NCBI GenBank assembly: GCA_046483495.1
Contig: JAWODC010000032.1
Span: 1-22,489 of the forward strand
DNA length: 22,489 nt
Direction: 5' to 3'
DNA from: Desulfobacterales bacterium
GTDB lineage: Bacteria; Desulfobacterota; Desulfobacteria; Desulfobacterales; UBA5616
Positions within the stretch are counted from its first letter, which is position 1, and every line of letters starts with the position of its first letter. The notes beneath the pieces were generated by a model, which made no database searches, was not told where the DNA came from, and worked only from the letters and a program-made list of their open reading frames with translations. Shown here one piece after another: positions 18,645 through 22,489 of this stretch. The translations under genes and the position numbers were made by a program.

Positions 18645-19742
18645 ATGGAAAAACTGACACGAATCGTATTGGAATATCCTATTCTGGAAGGCGCCTTCAA
18701 ATCCGGCATTGCAACCAAAAGAACGCTTGCCGGGGGGCCGCCATCGGCGGATTTATCGTCTGTGATGCCCGGCGCCCGATCCGCGGTTGTCTTTGCCGTT
18801 GCCCTTGACCAGAAGACCATCCCCGGATACCTGGGTAAAAAAGACCGCCTCTCCTATGAGCGCGAGTATAACAAAGTGAACAGTATCGCAAGCGGCATCG
18901 CTGTAAAAATCGCCAACAACCTGTCACAGCGCGGATACCCTGCCGTTCCGCTTGCAGCCAACGATGTGTACCGGGATGATACCCCGAATGGACGGTTCGA
19001 CATGCTTCCACCGATCAGTCTTCGATACCTGGCGGTCGCTTCCGGTGTTGCCTCTTTCGGGTGGTCCGGCAATGTCATCGACCGGGAATACGGCGCATGC
19101 ATTATTCTCGGCGGCGTGGTGACCCATGCTGAACTCGTGCCGACGGATCCATTGGACCCGGATGAAAATTACTGTGACGAATGCCGGTTGTGTTCCGGCG
19201 TATGCGCGTCGGGTCTGATGCATCCCACGAAAATGACCGGGGTGAGATTAGGAAATAAGGATTTTACCTATGCTGCCCGGCGGACCTACATGAGATGCCA
19301 ATATGTGTGCGGGGGTTATGCGGGACTTCATCGGTCCGGAAAATGGTCGACCTGGTCGCCGTCGCGATTTCCGATTCCGGATGACGATGAAGCATTTCTG
19401 CCGCTCTTGATGGCCGCAGGCGCTCTATACGGACGGCGTCCCGAAGGGGAGGGGGGACGGTACCACTCCATGATGGACGACAAATTGTACACCACCTGCG
19501 GCAATTGCCAGATCGTCTGTGTCCCGGATAAAGATGAGCGCAAACGCCGCTACAATCTTCTGGCCAAAGGGGGTCTGGTACTGCAGCACCCGGACGGGTC
19601 GCTGGAAGTGGTTCCCCCGGACGAAGCCGAAGAAAAGCTGTCCGCCATGCCGCCGGAGCATCGGGCTTTGTATGATGGAGATCTTGCCGATGCCCCAATC
19701 CCGGCCGAAATTCAGGAAGCGGCCGGCCGTTATGTGAAATAA
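18645..19742 (+). CDS. QueG/reductive-dehalogenase-like Fe-S protein (probably cobalamin-dependent)
   Basis: MPGARSAVVFAV, ISLRYLAVASGVASFGWSGN, YCDECRLCSGVCASG, RCQYVC, TCGNCQIVC. ATG 18645 follows AAGGA. Confidence 0.8.
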   Translation: MEKLTRIVLEYPILEGAFKSGIATKRTLAGGPPSADLSSVMPGARSAVVFAVALDQKTIPGYLGKKDRLSYEREYNKVNSIASGIAVKIANNLSQRGYPAVPLAANDVYRDDTPNGRFDMLPPISLRYLAVASGVASFGWSGNVIDREYGACIILGGVVTHAELVPTDPLDPDENYCDECRLCSGVCASGLMHPTKMTGVRLGNKDFTYAARRTYMRCQYVCGGYAGLHRSGKWSTWSPSRFPIPDDDEAFLPLLMAAGALYGRRPEGEGGRYHSMMDDKLYTTCGNCQIVCVPDKDERKRRYNLLAKGGLVLQHPDGSLEVVPPDEAEEKLSAMPPEHRALYDGDLADAPIPAEIQEAAGRYVK

Positions 19743-19761
19743 GGATGATCTCGAACAGGGA

Positions 19762-19780
19762 CGCAGAGGCGCAGAGAGCG
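19762..19780 (+). repeat. Short CGCAGAG tandem repeat element
   Basis: CGCAGAG-G-CGCAGAG-AGCG directly after the QueG-like gene; degenerate relative at 22003-22030. Confidence 0.5.
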
Positions 19781-19880
19781 ACGGAAAAACGCAGCCGGAA
19801 TGATTGATACCCTGCATTCCAGTGAGTCGATTCCCAGGTTGCGAGTCGTCCTTTATTGGGCGACCCTCAGCGGAAAAAAT

Positions 19881-20684
19881 ATGAAATTCAACATCTATAA
19901 CAGGTTCGCAATAAAAATAATCCGCAAAGATAACCGTTGGCTTGCATTTCGCACAGGCGTCGGGGCCCGTGTACCGGTCGAGGATCTGGTTGTCCCCGCC
20001 GAGCTTTCGGAATCCGAATTGATCCCTTTTCTCGATGATATGTATCACGAGTTGGCGATCCCCGGCCGATCGATTGAACAGTTGGACGATAACGGCACGG
20101 ATTCGGATCTGAACGGGTTGATCCGCCTTGCCCTCTCATCCGGAGCAAGTGAGGCAAAGATCATTTCCCCGTATGATATTCCGGTCGATGAGCGTCTGGC
20201 GGAATTTTGCAATCCGTCTCAATGCGAAAGTTACGGCCTGTCTCCGAGCTGCCCCCCGCACGTTTCCGGCCCGTCCGGGTTTCGCATACTGCAGCAAAAT
20301 GCCTTGTTTGCCCTGGTCTTGCGAATAGCGGTCCCCTCGTCGGCTCTGTTTTCCGCTGAACGCAGAGAAGTATTCAGTCTGCTGCATGAATCCACGGCGG
20401 GAATCGAACAGACCGCCGCAGAAATGGGCTATCCCGCGTCAAAGGCCTTTGCCGGTGGTTCGTGCAAGAAGATTTTCTGCAATGATCATCCTGTCTGCCG
20501 CGTATTGTCGGAAGGCGGACGATGCCGCTATTCACAGCACGCCCGGCCTTCCATGTCCGGTTTCGGTATCGATGTTTCCGAACTGATGACGATTTGCGGT
20601 TGGCCTTCGAATATCGATATCCATGCGCCGGAAGCAAAATCCGATCCCATGTCATGGGTGGCGGGGCTCGTTCTTATCGGATGA
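19881..20684 (+). CDS. DUF2284 metal-binding protein with an extra ~70-aa N-terminal domain
   Basis: C-terminal part: C...CESYGLSPSCPPH, AGGSCKKIFC...C...CRY...ARPSMSGFGIDV. N-terminal part MKFNIYNRFAIKIIRKDNRWLAFR...FLDDMYHE looks like a separate small domain. Confidence 0.8.
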   Translation: MKFNIYNRFAIKIIRKDNRWLAFRTGVGARVPVEDLVVPAELSESELIPFLDDMYHELAIPGRSIEQLDDNGTDSDLNGLIRLALSSGASEAKIISPYDIPVDERLAEFCNPSQCESYGLSPSCPPHVSGPSGFRILQQNALFALVLRIAVPSSALFSAERREVFSLLHESTAGIEQTAAEMGYPASKAFAGGSCKKIFCNDHPVCRVLSEGGRCRYSQHARPSMSGFGIDVSELMTICGWPSNIDIHAPEAKSDPMSWVAGLVLIG

Positions 20685-20743
20685 ACCTTGCCCATGGCCG
20701 CTATCGTGTAAAGGAAGACTGCTTAGCCTACGGAAATAAGGGA

Positions 20744-20765
20744 ATCGATTTCGATACCGATAGCG
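20744..20765 (-). repeat. Second copy of the ATCGNN hexamer repeat family
   Basis: ATCGAT TTCGAT ACCGAT AGCG; its end CGATAGCG is the reverse complement of CGCTATCG at 20699-20706. Confidence 0.6.
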
Positions 20766-20819
20766 TTTTTTGATCCTGTAACTACCCAAGATAAAGGTGT
20801 TTTAGCACCGGAGGAAAAC

Positions 20820-21851
20820 ATGCCGCACATCCAAATCACTGAACACGAGTTGAAAACGGATCGCCATACGACCTTCTACCTGGCGGCCGGGCCCGAAGAC
20901 GGGCCGCTAATCATTTTTACCCATGGCTGGCCGGAACTCTCATTGAGCTGGCGGCATCAGTTGCCGTTTTTTGCAGCCATGGGCTTTTGCGCCGTGGCCC
21001 CGGACATGCGCGGCTACGGCCGATCTTCAGTGTATGATTCACATGACGATTACCGCCTGGAGCGGGTCGTCGAAGATATGCTGGAGCTCATCGACAGCCT
21101 GAAGCGGGATAGGGCCCTGTGGGTGGGACACGACTGGGGAAGCCCCGTGGCCTGGAGCATGGCGGCCCACCACCCGGACCGCTGCTTCGGTGTGGCGAGC
21201 CTGTGCGTGCCTTACGGGACGGTGGAACGGGGCCTGAACGAAATCATAAAAACCGTGGATCGAAATATTTATCCGGAGAATATGTATCCGGCCGGTCAAT
21301 GGGAGTATATGCGGTACTATGAGGAAAATTTCTCCCGGGCAACGGCCGTTATGAATGCAAACCCGCGAAATTTTATCCGGCTGATTTTTCAAAAAGGCGA
21401 CCCCGGCGGCGCCGGGCAACCCTCTCCAACCGCCATGGTCAGGATAATGGGCGGGTGGTTCGGGGAAGCCTCCGAGGCACCGGAAGTCCCCCGAGACGCG
21501 GATATTATCACTGACGAAGAGTTGGATGTTTATGCCGGTGCGCTGTCGCGCAACGGCTTTTTCGGCCCGAATTCCTGGTATATGAACCACGAGGCCAATG
21601 CCCGCTATTTCGAAACGACCCCCAACGACGGCGTCATCGACATGCCTGCGCTCTTTCTTGCCGCCGCCTATGATTATACCTGTGAATCGATCACATCCGA
21701 TCTGCCCGAATTAATGCGAAACAAATGCAAAAACTTACATGAGGTCGTCATTCAATCCGGGCACTGGATGGCCCAGGAAAAACCATTTGATGTCAATCGA
21801 GAACTGGTAAAATGGATGGTCCAAAAAAAGATGTTGGAAAATATGGAATAA
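20820..21851 (+). CDS. Alpha/beta-fold hydrolase, soluble epoxide hydrolase type
   Basis: HGWPE, PDMRGYGRSS, nucleophile GHDWG, cap Tyr residues (WEYMRYY, NSWY), acid D (AAYD), GHWMAQEKP; RBS GGAGG. Confidence 0.9.
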   Translation: MPHIQITEHELKTDRHTTFYLAAGPEDGPLIIFTHGWPELSLSWRHQLPFFAAMGFCAVAPDMRGYGRSSVYDSHDDYRLERVVEDMLELIDSLKRDRALWVGHDWGSPVAWSMAAHHPDRCFGVASLCVPYGTVERGLNEIIKTVDRNIYPENMYPAGQWEYMRYYEENFSRATAVMNANPRNFIRLIFQKGDPGGAGQPSPTAMVRIMGGWFGEASEAPEVPRDADIITDEELDVYAGALSRNGFFGPNSWYMNHEANARYFETTPNDGVIDMPALFLAAAYDYTCESITSDLPELMRNKCKNLHEVVIQSGHWMAQEKPFDVNRELVKWMVQKKMLENME

Positions 21852-21911
21852 GGCATGAGCCTGTCGTCGTACTGTAGTGGATCGCCCATTAAAGGGAGAC
21901 CCCAAGTCCGG

Positions 21912-21984
21912 ATATCAATGTCCATTCCCCGGAAGCAAAAGCCTGCCCTATGTCATGGGCAGCGGGTCTGATTCTTATCGTTGA
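21912..21984 (+). pseudogene. Remnant duplicate of the last ~23 codons of the DUF2284 gene
   Basis: Ungapped hand alignment of 21912-21980 to 20611-20679 gives 55/69 identities. Translation DINVHSPEAKACPMSWAAGLILI versus NIDIHAPEAKSDPMSWVAGLVLI. Confidence 0.85.
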
Positions 21985-22002
21985 AAATCGGCCGATGATG
22001 CT

Positions 22003-22030
22003 CTCGCGCTAAGGCGTAGAGGTCGCGGAG
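22003..22030 (+). repeat. Degenerate CGCAGAG-type repeat
   Basis: CGCTAAG-G-CGTAGAG-GT-CGCGGAG: three imperfect heptamers with spacing like the 19762 element. Confidence 0.4.
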
Positions 22031-22105
22031 AATGAAGGCAGTTGAACATGTACAGAACCGCGAGAAAAAAATTCTTTCCAATAAAGCCTGTCGAGAGAGG
22101 AAGAT

Positions 22106-22258
22106 ATGGGAAAACGCCCTTCCATTAGTGATTTCCTGACGAATCTAAACCAGCCAATGCCGATGAGAGAGAAATCGAGGAAATTGGTTACAAACCTTTG
22201 GCGGCGGGTGGTATTGAGGCAGAATTGCTGCGGAAATCCAGGAGAGCCGGGGTGTTGA
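22106..22258 (+). CDS. Small Cys-rich protein (50 aa) missed by the ORF track; possible selenoprotein
   Basis: GAGAGGAAG RBS, then MGKRPSISDFLTNLNQPMPMREKSRKLVTNLWRRVVLRQNCCGNPGEPGC followed by TGA. Confidence 0.75.
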   Translation: MGKRPSISDFLTNLNQPMPMREKSRKLVTNLWRRVVLRQNCCGNPGEPGC

Positions 22259-22271
22259 AAATCGGAGACGG

Positions 22272-22286
22272 CATCCGGGTCGGATG
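22272..22286 (+). promoter_or_regulatory. SECIS-like hairpin downstream of the TGA
   Basis: CATCCG-GGT-CGGATG. GGUC lies at +23..+26 counting the U of UGA as +1; E. coli fdhF has GGUC at +22..+25. Confidence 0.35.
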
Positions 22287-22331
22287 AAGAGGGTCATCGG
22301 CACGATTAAACCCCATCACCCCGATGGTTCT

Positions 22332-22353
22332 CGTAGGGGCGAAAAATTTTTCG
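22332..22353 (+). repeat. Truncated GTAG-type REP palindrome
   Basis: CGTAGGGGCGAAAAATTTTTCG; the closing arm CCCCTACG needed to complete the palindrome is absent. Confidence 0.65.
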
Positions 22354-22354
22354 G

Positions 22355-22489
22355 TACAGTGAAGAGCTCACTGGCACTTCATCTGATGATACTATTGATG
22401 GTAAAGGTGGTAGTGATAAAATTGATGGACAAGGTGGAACTGATACTGCTGTTTTCTTTGACTCTAAGAGTTATTTTAATGTAATGACC
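22355..22489 (+). pseudogene. Internal fragment of an RTX-type Ca2+-binding repeat protein, running off the window
   Basis: Frame of 22361 reads EELTGTSSDDTIDGKGGSDKIDGQGGTDTAVFFDS. AT-rich codons, in-frame TAG at 22334-22336, no ATG/GTG start. Confidence 0.7.

Noticed and set aside
18645..19742. Assigning the gene symbol queG or rdhA
   Set aside because: It lacks the QueG DYH motif, a Tat signal and an rdhB neighbour; only fold-level similarity is supported.
22284..22484. 66-aa ORF MKRVIGTIK... from the track
   Set aside because: It crosses the REP junction, and its hydrophobic tail is an off-frame reading of the RTX repeats.

Overview
Chromosomal window of a moderately GC-rich anaerobe; the gene content suggests a Desulfobacterales-like deltaproteobacterium (inference). 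The left and central part is mostly core or conserved genes: tungsten-type aldehyde:ferredoxin oxidoreductase, exported MsrA, YkgJ-type Cys-cluster protein, DUF355 'adenosine-specific kinase', a 1215-aa AsmA/YhdP-like protein, FmdB zinc ribbon, PfkB nucleoside kinase, alpha/beta hydrolase, RNase D, thrS with a coupled Cys-rich ORF, VanZ and DUF364. From about 15.6 kb it looks accessory: DUF1330, a cytoplasmic molybdopterin oxidoreductase, a non-canonical QueG/RdhA-like Fe-S protein, a DUF2284 fusion and an epoxide hydrolase, separated by short repeat elements. Main signals the ORF track does not explain: (1) a missed 50-aa ORF ending CCGNPGEPGC-TGA, followed by a hairpin placed like a bacterial SECIS, so a possible Cys-Sec peptide; (2) an ~80%-identical duplicate of the DUF2284 3' end bracketing the epoxide hydrolase gene; (3) abrupt junctions near both window ends, with a 5'-truncated MntA antitoxin fused to a 5'-truncated AtuA on the left and half a REP palindrome fused to an RTX fragment on the right. 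All family calls come from motif recognition; no database search was run.
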